Assembly (NCBI GenBank): GCA_029987025.1
Contig: DALTWQ010000001.1
Span: forward strand, 1 to 34,848
DNA: 34,848 nucleotides
Source: Methanocorpusculum sp.
GTDB lineage: Archaea; Halobacteriota; Methanomicrobia; Methanomicrobiales; Methanocorpusculaceae
Reading direction: 5' to 3'
Shown: positions 19,076 through 28,934 of the stretch, piece after piece
Numbering within the stretch: position 1 is the first letter of the stretch
How the letters are laid out: each line of letters opens with the position of its first letter
Notes under the pieces: generated by a model
Told to the model about the DNA's origin: nothing
The model's input: only the letters and a program-made list of their open reading frames with translations
Database searches by the model: none
Program-made: the position numbers and the translations under genes

Positions 19076-19184
19076 TAAGCAGATTAGTTTCTGAATGAAT
19101 CAGAACAAATGAGATTCAGGCAGGAAGGAATTGTTTCTGTTCCTGAAAAAAAATTTGTGAATTGAAAAAAGACAGCTGTCAGCC

Positions 19185-19961
19185 TCATGCCTTTTTAACA
19201 GCCATAAGATTTGCCCGGTATGCTTTGTTCTTCGGATTCAGTTTTACCGCACGGGAAAATGCATCAGCCGCTTTTTCTTTGTCTCCGAGATACGCGTATG
19301 CGGCGCCGCACAGACTCCATGCCTCATCATCGTCAGGATTCATTTCCAGGGCCGCCTCTGCTTTATCCTTTGCGCGGGTGAAATCTTCTCTTCTGATGGA
19401 AATATTTGCCTGCATCTTAACCGCACGGATGTCATCAGCTGCTGCGTCGAGGATATCATCTGCATCTTTCAGGTTTCCGAGATTTACCAGTGCATGAGCC
19501 TTGTGCAGATATGCAGAGATACATGACTGGTCAATCATCAAAGCTTTGTCAGCAGTTTCTAAAGCACCGGCATTGTCTCCGGTAAAAATCATATATCCTG
19601 CTTTGTTCGATAACAGAACCGGATTGTGGGGATTAATCTCTGCCGCTTTATCAGCTTCTTCGAGAGCTTTTGCGTATTTTCCTTCTCCGGCGAGCATTCG
19701 TGCCTGTTCTGCAGGGAAACGGTAATCAGCCGGAAACATCTTTTCCGCGGTGACTGCTGCAGCAAATGCTGTTGCCTTCTCTCCGGTTTTTTCTCCGAGA
19801 GATACAATATTGAACCATACATCAGCTTCCTTCGGTTCAATCTTTACCGCCTCTTTGTAGCAGTACAGTGCTCCTTTATCGTCGCCTTTTTCCATCAGAG
19901 ATGCTGCCTCTTTGCACCAGAGAACAGAGTCTTTCGGATTTGAAACGGTCGGCTTTGCCAT
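19185..19961 (-). CDS. Tetratricopeptide repeat protein
   Basis: Repeated TPR patterns (ALYCYKEAVKIEP, ALEMNPDDDEAW, AFSRAVKLNP). ATG at 19961 overlaps the stop of the upstream HPS gene. Confidence 0.88.
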   Translation of the reverse strand: MAKPTVSNPKDSVLWCKEAASLMEKGDDKGALYCYKEAVKIEPKEADVWFNIVSLGEKTGEKATAFAAAVTAEKMFPADYRFPAEQARMLAGEGKYAKALEEADKAAEINPHNPVLLSNKAGYMIFTGDNAGALETADKALMIDQSCISAYLHKAHALVNLGNLKDADDILDAAADDIRAVKMQANISIRREDFTRAKDKAEAALEMNPDDDEAWSLCGAAYAYLGDKEKAADAFSRAVKLNPKNKAYRANLMAVKKA

Positions 19962-21241
19962 CAGTGTTTCTCCCATCTGAGAAGCTGCTGCAGAGAACCA
20001 AGCGTTCCGCCTTTTTCGATTTCAGCACGGATTCTGATTTCAGTGTGATGCACCTCGACAGCTCTTCTGGCAATTTCGTAGGCACGTTCCTTTGGAATTA
20101 CTACGACACCTGATTTATCTCCGATAATCCAGTCTCCCGGTTTTACTGACTGACCGCAGCAGGAGATTTCAGCGTTAATCTCACCGAATCCTTTCGGTTC
20201 ACCGGCGTTCGGCTGAACAGATTTTGCATAGACAGGAATATCCATCTCTAATATATCATCCCAGTCGCGGACAGCACCGTCAATAACAATTCCTGAAAGT
20301 CCTTTTATCGAGGCAGAATGAGTTGCAAGTTCTCCCCACGGTGCAATATCACAGCGCTGGTCGTTGCTGATAACAAGCACATCGCCTTCTTTGCAGGTAT
20401 CTATCGCCTGTACCGGCTTTGACCAGTCCCCTCCAAACGTCTGAACGGTAACAGCGCGCCCGATCATTTTCTTTGGCGAATGAATGACTGCAAGACCGGT
20501 CATCGAGCCTTTGCGATACATTGCATCTGTTACGTTCGGAGCAGTTACTTCACCTAAGAGTTTTCTAATCTGTGTATCGAGCGATTCTTTATCCTTTTTT
20601 ACAATCTTAGGTGAATCAATAGCGTTGCGCACTTCTCTTGCCGCTTTTTCCGCGTCAGCTGCTTTTACGATAGATGCTCCCACAATTACAATATCTGCGC
20701 CTGCCGCTGCTGCTTCTGCTGCTGTTTCTGCGGTAAGTCCTCCGGCTGCTGCTGTTTTGACACCGAGTTTTCCTATCTCTGCTAAAAGGTCGAGCGGATT
20801 TTTACCTTCCATCTGCTGATCGATTCCCACATGGGCATTGATTATCTGAACACCCATCTCTGCTAACTCCTTTGCACGGGCTGCAGGATTTCTGACGTTC
20901 ATCATATCAGCCATGAGTTCAACACCGTAAAGAGATGCTCCGCGAAGAGCGTCACGTATTACTGCATCGTCAGCGGATGCAAGAATGCAGACGACATCAG
21001 CGCCTGCTTTTGCCGCCATCTCGACCTCGAGTCCGCCGGTGTCTGATGTTTTCAGGTCAGCTACAATGTGTTTGTCAGGAAATGCTTTGCGAAGACTCCG
21101 TATGATATTCATTCCTTCGCTTTTGACAAGCGGCGTTCCTGCTTCAATCCAGTCTGTTCCTCCGCGTACTGCTTCTGCTGCTATCTGCAGAGCACGGTCT
21201 CCTTCGGTTAAATCAAGTGCCGTCTGAAGGATTATTTGCAT
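19961..21241 (-). CDS. hxlA: 3-hexulose-6-phosphate synthase fused to an RraA/MenG-like domain
   Basis: LQTALD, IEAGTPL.KSEG, VADLKTSDTG..E, HVGIDQQ and AAGG (HPS), followed by NVTDAM, GRAVTV, WGEL, IDGAVRD and PGDWIIGD.SGVVVIP (RraA). Confidence 0.92.
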   Translation of the reverse strand: MQIILQTALDLTEGDRALQIAAEAVRGGTDWIEAGTPLVKSEGMNIIRSLRKAFPDKHIVADLKTSDTGGLEVEMAAKAGADVVCILASADDAVIRDALRGASLYGVELMADMMNVRNPAARAKELAEMGVQIINAHVGIDQQMEGKNPLDLLAEIGKLGVKTAAAGGLTAETAAEAAAAGADIVIVGASIVKAADAEKAAREVRNAIDSPKIVKKDKESLDTQIRKLLGEVTAPNVTDAMYRKGSMTGLAVIHSPKKMIGRAVTVQTFGGDWSKPVQAIDTCKEGDVLVISNDQRCDIAPWGELATHSASIKGLSGIVIDGAVRDWDDILEMDIPVYAKSVQPNAGEPKGFGEINAEISCCGQSVKPGDWIIGDKSGVVVIPKERAYEIARRAVEVHHTEIRIRAEIEKGGTLGSLQQLLRWEKH

Positions 21242-21367
21242 GAAATTATATTGGGTGAGATGGGGTATATGTTTTATTGATGAATGAGCGGTGTTTTTCT
21301 GCAGTTTTGGATGGAGATTCTTGGGAATAATAGTTTTGAAAATCAGATGCTAGTTTTTGAGGCTCTG

Positions 21368-21452
21368 CAAATAACCGAAAACTTACTCAACAAATAACCG
21401 AAAACTTACTCAACAAATAACCGAAAACTTATTCTCTAAATAACCGAAAACT
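21368..21452. repeat. 23-bp tandem repeat, ~3.7 copies, directly upstream of the AAA ATPase gene
   Basis: CAAATAACCGAAAACTTACTCAA at 21368 and 21391 (identical), 21414 (variant tail) and 21437 (partial). Confidence 0.92.
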
Positions 21453-21486
21453 ATTAGATACACACCCTTATCTGTGAAAGCTATCT

Positions 21487-22767
21487 ATGAAAGAACATCC
21501 ATATTTTCAGAGGATATCAGATGCTACACTAAAGTTTCATCTTGAAAGCTGCGGTGCGGTGCTTATAAAAGGTCCAAAGTGGTGCGGTAAATCGACAACT
21601 GCAGAACAGCAGAAAAAAAGTGTTGTTTATATGCAGGATAAAGAGCACCAGGCACAAAATATTGAACTTGCAAAAAGTTCTCCAAGTCTCTTTCTCGCAG
21701 GAGATACTCCGCGCCTCATTGATGAATGGCAGATAATCCCGTTTATCTGGGACTCAATACGGTTTGAAATCGATAAACGGAAAGAGTTTGGACAGTTTAT
21801 TCTGACCGGGTCATCAGTTCCGCCTGATTCAGATGCATATGAACACAGCGGAGCAGGAAGAATTGTGCACATGGTTATGAGGACCATGTCTCTTTACGAA
21901 GCACATGACAGTTCAGGAAAAATATCACTTGCAAATCTTTTCCGCGGAGAAGGAAATGAGGCAGCAGTCTGTGAGAAAACACTTTCTGATTATGCCTACT
22001 TCACATGCCGCGGAGGATGGCCGACAGCTGTTACTGCGCGAAATGAAAGAGTCGCTCTTGCGCAGGTGAAAAATTATTATGATGTACTGGTAAACGGAGA
22101 CCTGCAGCGTCTTGGAAAAATCCGGCGCAACCCGTCAAAAATACAATCACTTCTTCGTGCTTACGCAAGAAATACTGCGTCAGAGGCATCGAATACTACG
22201 TTAAAGGAAGATATGCGGAATCACCAGGACCCGGCACTTGATGAAGATACCATAGCATCCTATGTAAATGATTTGGAAATGCTCTACGTAGTTGAGGAAC
22301 TGCCGGCATGGAATCCGAATCTGCGAAGCAAAACAGCGGTAAGATCCCTGAGTACCAGACATTTTACCGACCCGTCTATCGCTTGTGCTGCTCTGCATTT
22401 ATCTCCGATGGATTTGATACATGATTTGAAGACATTTGGTTTACTCTTTGAATCACTTGCAGTTCATGATTTGAGAATTTACGCAGAATCTCTGAACGGA
22501 GAAGTGTATCATTATCGTGATGCATCAGGTCTTGAAGCTGATGCGATAATCAAATTGGAAAACGGAGACTGGGCAGCTGTTGAGGTGAAGCTGTCTAATC
22601 CTGAAAGAATTGAAGAGGGGGCTTTGCATCTCTTAAAATTAAAGTCAATAATAGATACAGATAAAATGAAACCTCCAAAGTTTCTTATGGTAATTACCGC
22701 AACCGAGTATGCGTATCAGAGAAAAGACGGGGTATGGGTTGTTCCTCTCGGCTGTTTAAAGCCGTAG
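21487..22767 (+). CDS. AAA_14-type ATPase with DUF4143 and a C-terminal PD-(D/E)xK-like domain
   Basis: Walker A GPKWCGKST, Walker B LIDEWQ, FILTGS, HSGAGR, GGWP, F.DPS, GLLFE, YHYRD..GLEADAI...AVEVK. Confidence 0.9.
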   Translation: MKEHPYFQRISDATLKFHLESCGAVLIKGPKWCGKSTTAEQQKKSVVYMQDKEHQAQNIELAKSSPSLFLAGDTPRLIDEWQIIPFIWDSIRFEIDKRKEFGQFILTGSSVPPDSDAYEHSGAGRIVHMVMRTMSLYEAHDSSGKISLANLFRGEGNEAAVCEKTLSDYAYFTCRGGWPTAVTARNERVALAQVKNYYDVLVNGDLQRLGKIRRNPSKIQSLLRAYARNTASEASNTTLKEDMRNHQDPALDEDTIASYVNDLEMLYVVEELPAWNPNLRSKTAVRSLSTRHFTDPSIACAALHLSPMDLIHDLKTFGLLFESLAVHDLRIYAESLNGEVYHYRDASGLEADAIIKLENGDWAAVEVKLSNPERIEEGALHLLKLKSIIDTDKMKPPKFLMVITATEYAYQRKDGVWVVPLGCLKP

Positions 22768-22782
22768 GAACTTTTTTTATTT

Positions 22783-23718
22783 TTATTCCCCTAAGCGTTC
22801 AAGTGTTGCAGTTGCAAGAATCGGTAAAGTAATCGTTGCATCGCCGTAGACGGTAACACCGACACCGCCTTCTCCAATCTTGCCCCACGACTTTGCCTCG
22901 TCAAGAGTTGCGCCGGAAAGACCTCCGAGGTCCGGTCTGTCTCCTGTCAGCTGAACAACATACGTGAACGCGTTTTCGGTCATGAGCATCGTCTGGAGAG
23001 TGAAGTTTTTCGGAACTCCACCTCCGACCAGGACCGCTCCGGCCTTTTTTACATTGAATGCGGTGTTTAAGAGCTGGTGCATATCTCCGATTGCGTCAAG
23101 AATGGTTTTTTTGTGGAACTGGGAAAACATCCAGTACTGAAGACCGAGGACCGAGTCCTGAAATGCCGGACAGTAGACCGGGATGTCGTTCTTCGCTGCC
23201 GTTGCAAGAATACCGGTATCTAACTGTTCTCCGATAGTTCTCAGGAGTTTGCTGATAGTAATCGGCTGTTCCGGAAGAGAAGAATACACGTCCTGAATGA
23301 ATCCTTCGAGTTCCTCGTATGCTTCGTTCGGGAGAAAGATATCATAAATTCTGTTAATCTCATCGCGGCGGAGCTCTAAATCATCACATTCTGCTTTTCC
23401 GTGGTAGTGATGACATCCGATTGCTTCAATGACATCGTGAGTGAGGTTCGCTCCTGTTGAGGTTAAAATATCGATATGACCTTTCTCGATTAACGTGGAA
23501 ACAACACCACCCATTCCGGCCGGAACCATGGCTCCTGAGAGTCCGAAGAATTTTGTCATATCAGGGTCGCGCAGCATCTTTTCATAGACGTCAACTGCGT
23601 GGTACAGGCTTCCTCCGTTGTATGCACCTGCATTTCCCATCTCAGTTATCATTTCGTTTACGGTCATTCCGCCGCGGGGAATGAACTGTTTTACCGGTGT
23701 ATCGCAATGTTTCGGCAT
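22783..23718 (-). CDS. dys: Deoxyhypusine synthase
   Basis: GLSGAMVPAG, TSTGANL.HD, INRIYD, GGGVPKNF, GGLSGA.LDEAKSWGK, GDATI.LP. Confidence 0.95.
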   Translation of the reverse strand: MPKHCDTPVKQFIPRGGMTVNEMITEMGNAGAYNGGSLYHAVDVYEKMLRDPDMTKFFGLSGAMVPAGMGGVVSTLIEKGHIDILTSTGANLTHDVIEAIGCHHYHGKAECDDLELRRDEINRIYDIFLPNEAYEELEGFIQDVYSSLPEQPITISKLLRTIGEQLDTGILATAAKNDIPVYCPAFQDSVLGLQYWMFSQFHKKTILDAIGDMHQLLNTAFNVKKAGAVLVGGGVPKNFTLQTMLMTENAFTYVVQLTGDRPDLGGLSGATLDEAKSWGKIGEGGVGVTVYGDATITLPILATATLERLGE

Positions 23719-23766
23719 AATTTATTATATGTTTGTTCTAAATGAGGATAAGAGTTCGTATTGTTC

Positions 23767-24387
23767 TTATGAAATCTCCGGCGCGGTAAATTCAGATCTG
23801 CTGATTATATCTCCGCTTTCCCGCTCGAAGATATCAATTCTGATGGTGTCTCCCGGAAGAATCAGTCCGTTGGAAAAATCAAATCTACCTTCTTCACCGA
23901 CTCCCCAGAGGGAACCGGAAGGGCCGGGACCACCAATCAGTTTTACAAAGGTATGGTGAGACGGAATGAAATCATGGGTATAGAGTGTTTCTATGACAAT
24001 AGTCGTTCCGTTGTTGATGAAAAGATACGCTCCGTAGTTTTTATTTGTCAGGGAGTCATCTCCGACATTTCTCAGCGTAACAATTCCTGCGTAGGTGAGT
24101 TTTCCATTCGAAAGATGTGATACACCGGTGATTTTAAGAATCTCAGGAATCTCTTCCTCCGGCTGTTCTCCGCCGAAAAATCCGAGACAGAATACGAGAA
24201 TTGCAGCACAGACTGCAACGGTGATTCCGATTAAAATAACAGTGGATACGACTGAGGAGCCGCCCGCGTCAGAAGAGATGTTCCCTGCCTTTAACCGATA
24301 TCGTTCACCGGATGCTTCTGCATACCCTCGCGTATCTTTGACCGGGCAGGGAGCGCATGTTGCGCACGTCGTTGTCCCATCCTTCAT
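23767..24387 (-). CDS. Archaeal type IV pilin-like protein (class III signal peptide-like N-terminal domain)
   Basis: DAGGSSVVSTVILIGITVAVCAAIL resembles the archaeal pilin H-domain and is followed by a small beta-rich domain. The start is uncertain (24462, 24402 or 24387). Confidence 0.65.
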   Translation of the reverse strand: MKDGTTTCATCAPCPVKDTRGYAEASGERYRLKAGNISSDAGGSSVVSTVILIGITVAVCAAILVFCLGFFGGEQPEEEIPEILKITGVSHLSNGKLTYAGIVTLRNVGDDSLTNKNYGAYLFINNGTTIVIETLYTHDFIPSHHTFVKLIGGPGPSGSLWGVGEEGRFDFSNGLILPGDTIRIDIFERESGDIISRSEFTAPEIS

Positions 24388-24484
24388 CTCATGCGATTGC
24401 ATATTGATCCGGCGGGGGCCTAGCGTGCGCATAATATCTGCACAGGTTAGTATTCGTTTCATAGAGGGATATTATTTTTGGATT

Positions 24485-25345
24485 TCAGATGAGCGGTTCG
24501 GGCTGTTTTCCCATGTCACAGACCGGGAGTTTCATATTCTTTATGAGAAGCGGTTCGTTTGTTTCTGCCAGGCGTTCGAGGATTATCTGTTTTCCTTTTT
24601 TACTTGCTGCAAAGACCGGAACGCCTACCCCGCCCTGGACAGATGCGTATTCGGCTGCCGCCTCACGGATGTATTTTGAGGCGCAGGCAAAGACAAGGTC
24701 GCAGGCGGAGAAAAGACGTTTTGCTTCTTCAAGAGTTGAAACACCGGTAGTATGTACCGCGATTATGACGGTGTCCGGATGTTCTTTTCTGATTTTTTCT
24801 GCGGTTTCGATGTCGCAGCCGGCAACGGTTACCGCGATGTTTTTGCATCCGCGTTTTTCTGCCTCAATTACGCCAGCCTCTGCGTTGAGGGATGCATTTT
24901 CTTTGTCGATTACAATGCCGCCTTCGTCCTCGATTCGTCTGATGACATCAGGGTAGGGAACAGTGGATACAAGTCCTGACATTCTGCCGCCCACTCCCTG
25001 AACCAGTTTTGCGTTTCGCACGATTACGGTTCCTGCGCCGTCGCAGCAGATGACTGCTGCATCGAGTGTTTTGTTGCGGAACGCTGTTGTCATCAGCTCT
25101 GATGCGCCGAAGAGAACCATCGATTCTTCCGCGGTTACGGTTCTTTCAGGCGTACACATGCCGAATGTTTGAATCCGGTGTTCGATATTTTTTCTGACCG
25201 CTTCTTTTTCAACGGGGTTGATAGGAGATGCGAACCGTTTTGCAAACGGGCAGTATGATATTTTCGAGTCTGATATTTCTGTTACGCTGCCGTTTTCGAT
25301 TACGGCACGGCATCCTGCGACTTCAACTACGTGGCGGTCTTCCAT
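24485..25345 (-). CDS. Methanogenesis marker protein 8 (DUF2099 family)
   Basis: HVVE..GC, YCP, NIEHRI..FGMCT, FGASE, DAAVICCDGAGTV, LVQGVGGRMSGLVST, AVHTTG, CDL..ACASK. Confidence 0.88.
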   Translation of the reverse strand: MEDRHVVEVAGCRAVIENGSVTEISDSKISYCPFAKRFASPINPVEKEAVRKNIEHRIQTFGMCTPERTVTAEESMVLFGASELMTTAFRNKTLDAAVICCDGAGTVIVRNAKLVQGVGGRMSGLVSTVPYPDVIRRIEDEGGIVIDKENASLNAEAGVIEAEKRGCKNIAVTVAGCDIETAEKIRKEHPDTVIIAVHTTGVSTLEEAKRLFSACDLVFACASKYIREAAAEYASVQGGVGVPVFAASKKGKQIILERLAETNEPLLIKNMKLPVCDMGKQPEPLI

Positions 25346-25397
25346 GCTTATACATTCTTCAGAAAAGGATAAATGAGTTTCCTGCGTATCTGTTCAT

Positions 25398-26123
25398 ATG
25401 GGAAGATATTACGAGGTCGATGCGGTACGGGGAGTCGCCCTTATCTGCATGATTGTCTATCACACCTTGTTCTGTCTTTATTTCTTTACGGATTTTGTGC
25501 CCTGGTTTAATCCCGCGGTTCAGTCAGGAGCACCCATTGCGGCTTGTTTTATCGGAATTGCCGGGCTTTCTCTGGTTCTTGCTAAAGCGAAGACGAAAAA
25601 GTATCTTATCCGCGGTCTTGAACTTATCGGGCTGGGGCTTTGTATCTCTCTTGTTACCTGGTTTTTTTATCCGTCAGGGTTTGTGGTGTTCGGTGTTTTA
25701 TCGCTGATTGGTGTCGGCACGATTCTTTCAATTCCGTTTGTCCGGGAGAAAGTGAAGTGGTTTGTTCCTGCAGCGCTTGGCATCATTCTTGTTCTGCTGA
25801 ATCTGATTGTTTCAAAGGTTTATCTTTCGATTCCGTATCTGATTCCCTTGGGATTCAAGGTCTATGGCTTTTCTTCGATTGATTATGAGCCTCTTATTCC
25901 CTGGTTCGGGGTTATGCTCATCGGTCTTGCTCTTGGAAAACTTTTGTATCCGCACGGGGCGAGAAGATTATTTCTGGAGAAGTTAGGGGATATGCCGCGG
26001 GTTTTAAAGCCGCTTTGTTTTGCGGGACGTCATACGCTTATCATTTATCTGGTGCATGTGCCGGTTATTATTCTGGTGATGATGCTTTTCGGAGTTATTG
26101 ATGTCGGGATGTTTTTTTCATAG
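25398..26123 (+). CDS. Second DUF1624 / HGSNAT-like membrane protein
   Basis: RYYEVDAVRG.ALICMI.YH, FGVLSLIG, DYEPLIPWFG, GRHTLIIYLVHVP. Confidence 0.88.
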   Translation: MGRYYEVDAVRGVALICMIVYHTLFCLYFFTDFVPWFNPAVQSGAPIAACFIGIAGLSLVLAKAKTKKYLIRGLELIGLGLCISLVTWFFYPSGFVVFGVLSLIGVGTILSIPFVREKVKWFVPAALGIILVLLNLIVSKVYLSIPYLIPLGFKVYGFSSIDYEPLIPWFGVMLIGLALGKLLYPHGARRLFLEKLGDMPRVLKPLCFAGRHTLIIYLVHVPVIILVMMLFGVIDVGMFFS

Positions 26124-26390
26124 GTGCTGATGTGAAACTCAGATATTTTTCTGAAATTGACTGGTAATTATATTGTCCCTATCTATAAAATATATAGTAA
26201 CTATATTGTTTTTTGTAAAAATTTATATTCGCATGATGTGATTAATTGAATATTACACCATGATGTTAAAATGCACTGGTGTTTCGCAGAGAATCTTTGA
26301 TATATCTGTAGAATGTTTGAAATTATGACCTATAGATATGAATTTTCGGCAGATATTTTCACTGCTGTTTTCATAAGGTACAGATAGAAA

Positions 26391-27590
26391 ATGGACACAG
26401 TTACTTTAGTAATCGCGATAATCGGAATCTGTCTTGCTGTCTACTTTAATGTCTGTAACGGAAGAAATGATGCGGCAAATACAATTGCAATTACTATTGC
26501 TACCCGTGCACTTTCTCCCGGAAAAGCAGTGATTGTTGCCTCTATTTTCTGTCTTCTGGGCCCGTTTATTTTTTCAACAGCTGTTGCTTCGACGATTGGA
26601 AAAGGGCTGGTAACAACTGATATTATTACGCCTGTCCTTCTTTTAGTTGCATTATGCGGTGCAATTTTGTGGGTCAGTTTCTGTTCCAGAAAAGGGCTTC
26701 CTGTTTCTTCTTCTCACGCTCAGGTAGGCGGTCTTCTTGGTGCAGGTCTTGCTGCCGGCGGAATTCAGGCAATAATCGGGCCGACACCGGATATGTTTTT
26801 CGGGATGCTGTTTTATCTCGGATGCGGGGCTGGTATAGGATGTCTTGCTGGTTTTATTCTTGCAGTTATTTTTAAAGGTTCTTTAAAACACTATCTGATT
26901 CTTGGAGCTGCTGTCGGAGCGGTTATTGCAATTCCTCTTGCGATGATTTGTTTCGGGTTTGTTTTTGGCGGCATTCTTGCAATTCTTCTGTTTATCTGTG
27001 TATCTCCTATGCTTGGGCTTGTGGTGTCGTATGTTCTGACGCTGATAGTTACGAATATTTCAGCAAGAGTTGTGAAAAGTCCTTCAAAACTGAATACGTG
27101 GTTCCAGCGTCTGCAGGTCGCAGGCTCGGCATTTCAGGCTTTAAGTCTTGGTGGAAATGATGCGCAGCATGCAATGGGATTTATTTTGGCAATAATGATT
27201 TCTGTCGGATGGATTGGAACAAATGATCCGCTTCCGTTCTGGGTGATTCTTGTTTCTGCTCTGGCGATAACTGTCGGACTTCTTTCCGGCGGATGGAAGG
27301 TAATCAGAAATCTCGGTTCAGGGATTACCCGTATTCGTCCGTATCAGGGTTTTTCAGCCTCGCTTGCTGCAGGTTCGGTTCTTTCCTTTATGGTTTCCTG
27401 TGGAGTTCCTGTTTCTTCGACTCATCTGACAAGCGGAACAATTATGGGAACCGGGGTTACGAAGGGTGTTGGTGCGGTAAACTGGAAGACGGTACGCAGG
27501 ATGGTTCTTGCATGGCTGATTACGATTCCCTGTGCAGGTGTTGTTTCCTTTGCAGGATATTTGGTTATTGCGTTAATTTTTGGGTTATAA
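26391..27590 (+). CDS. Inorganic phosphate transporter, PiT family
   Basis: NG.NDAANTIA, GLPVSSSHA..GG, GGNDAQ..MG, PVSSTH..SG.IMG.G, W.ITIP. Confidence 0.93.
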   Translation: MDTVTLVIAIIGICLAVYFNVCNGRNDAANTIAITIATRALSPGKAVIVASIFCLLGPFIFSTAVASTIGKGLVTTDIITPVLLLVALCGAILWVSFCSRKGLPVSSSHAQVGGLLGAGLAAGGIQAIIGPTPDMFFGMLFYLGCGAGIGCLAGFILAVIFKGSLKHYLILGAAVGAVIAIPLAMICFGFVFGGILAILLFICVSPMLGLVVSYVLTLIVTNISARVVKSPSKLNTWFQRLQVAGSAFQALSLGGNDAQHAMGFILAIMISVGWIGTNDPLPFWVILVSALAITVGLLSGGWKVIRNLGSGITRIRPYQGFSASLAAGSVLSFMVSCGVPVSSTHLTSGTIMGTGVTKGVGAVNWKTVRRMVLAWLITIPCAGVVSFAGYLVIALIFGL

Positions 27591-27694
27591 GGGATTTTCA
27601 GAATCAGATGTCCGGTACAAATCAGGCAGGAGTATCAATTCATTTTTGGGAAGAGATTTATACTGTCCGCACGAAATGATTATCAGTAACGTAT

Positions 27695-28675
27695 ATGGAC
27701 ATTCTCTATGCAGTTCTTGTTGTCCTCGGTCTTTGTGTTTTTGAGACAGTGGCAAGCATAGACAATGCCATTATTAACGCTGATATTTTAGCTACGATGA
27801 AGGAGTGGGCAAGGAAATGGTTCCTTGTCTGGGGTCTTTTAATTGCTGTTTTTGTTGTCCGCGGTATTCTTCCGTGGGTTATTATCTGGGCATCTGCTCC
27901 GTCTTTAGGACCACTTGGTGCTCTTACTGCAACGTTTTCAGATGACGGCGCAGCAGCGGCTGCTATTGAGGCGAGTGCACCGTATCTTCTTTTAGGCGGC
28001 GGTGTTTTCCTGGCGCTTTTGTTCCTTCACTGGGTTATGGCCGAGGAGAAGAACTGTATTGTTCCTGGAGAACGTATGCTGCAGAAGGCTGAACCCTGGT
28101 TTACCGCGGCTGCTGCGATTTTCCTTCTTGTTCTGATTCTTCTCTCGATTAACGGAGGAAATCCGGGTCTGGCAGTTTCAGCGGCTATAGGATTTACTGT
28201 CTTTTTCATTATGATGGGTATCCGTCACTTTGCGGATAAAAAATCGGTTGAGCTTGAACAGGCGGGACACAAGGAGGGCGAGTCCGAGAAGGAGTCGCGT
28301 CACTCTGATATCAGCAAGCTTGTTCTTCTCGAAGTCATTGATGCGTCCTTCTCAATCGATGGAGTGATTGGAGCTTTTGCATTTACGATGTCTGTTCCGC
28401 TTATTCTTATCGGAAACGGTCTGGGGGCGTTTGTGGTTCGTGAGCTGACGGTCAGGAATATCGATAACATCAGGAAGTTTGCGTATCTGAAGAATGGTGC
28501 AATGTACTCGATTCTCTGTCTGGGTATTATTATGTGCGCAGAAAGTTTCGGACTTGAACTTCCCATCTGGCTTCCGCCGGTTCTTACGATTGCAATTGTG
28601 GCACTCTTCCTGGCGCTTTCCATCTCCAAGATTAAGAAGAACGACTACGGCGTCTGTAAGCTGAGAAAAGAGTGA
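27695..28675 (+). CDS. DUF475 / TerC-like integral membrane protein
   Basis: FE.VASIDNAIINA..L.TM, LLEVIDASFSIDGVIGAFAFT, GNGLGAFVVR.LT, YLKNGAMYSI. Confidence 0.88.
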   Translation: MDILYAVLVVLGLCVFETVASIDNAIINADILATMKEWARKWFLVWGLLIAVFVVRGILPWVIIWASAPSLGPLGALTATFSDDGAAAAAIEASAPYLLLGGGVFLALLFLHWVMAEEKNCIVPGERMLQKAEPWFTAAAAIFLLVLILLSINGGNPGLAVSAAIGFTVFFIMMGIRHFADKKSVELEQAGHKEGESEKESRHSDISKLVLLEVIDASFSIDGVIGAFAFTMSVPLILIGNGLGAFVVRELTVRNIDNIRKFAYLKNGAMYSILCLGIIMCAESFGLELPIWLPPVLTIAIVALFLALSISKIKKNDYGVCKLRKE

Positions 28676-28702
28676 GCGTCTTTTTTTTAAAACAGATCCG
28701 GG

Positions 28703-28841
28703 GTGAGAGTTTTGTGAGACTTTCGTGACACTTCTGTGACAGTTTGTGGTTTTGAATCTCTTTGTTTTGAGGTTTGTTTTCGATTTTAAGCGATTTGTGA
28801 CAGTTGTGACAGTTGTGACACTTTTTTGAATTTCATGTTTG
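28703..28841 (+). repeat. Iteron-like repeat unit A (139 bp)
   Basis: GTGA(G/C)A cores at 28703, 28714, 28725 and 28736 (11-bp period) and GTGACA at 28797, 28806 and 28815 (9-bp period). Confidence 0.92.
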
Positions 28842-28934
28842 CAGTAGAGATTTTTTTGCTGTAATGGATGTTGTGCCGGTCAACGGGCATTTCAGATGTA
28901 TTGATTTCTTACAGGTACTCATCTTAAGACTCGT

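Noticed and set aside
19961..21241. HPS-RraA fusion as a novelty
   Set aside because: This fusion is already known in methanogenic archaea.
21368..21452. 23-bp array as a mini-CRISPR
   Set aside because: Head-to-tail repeats without spacer-length unique sequence.
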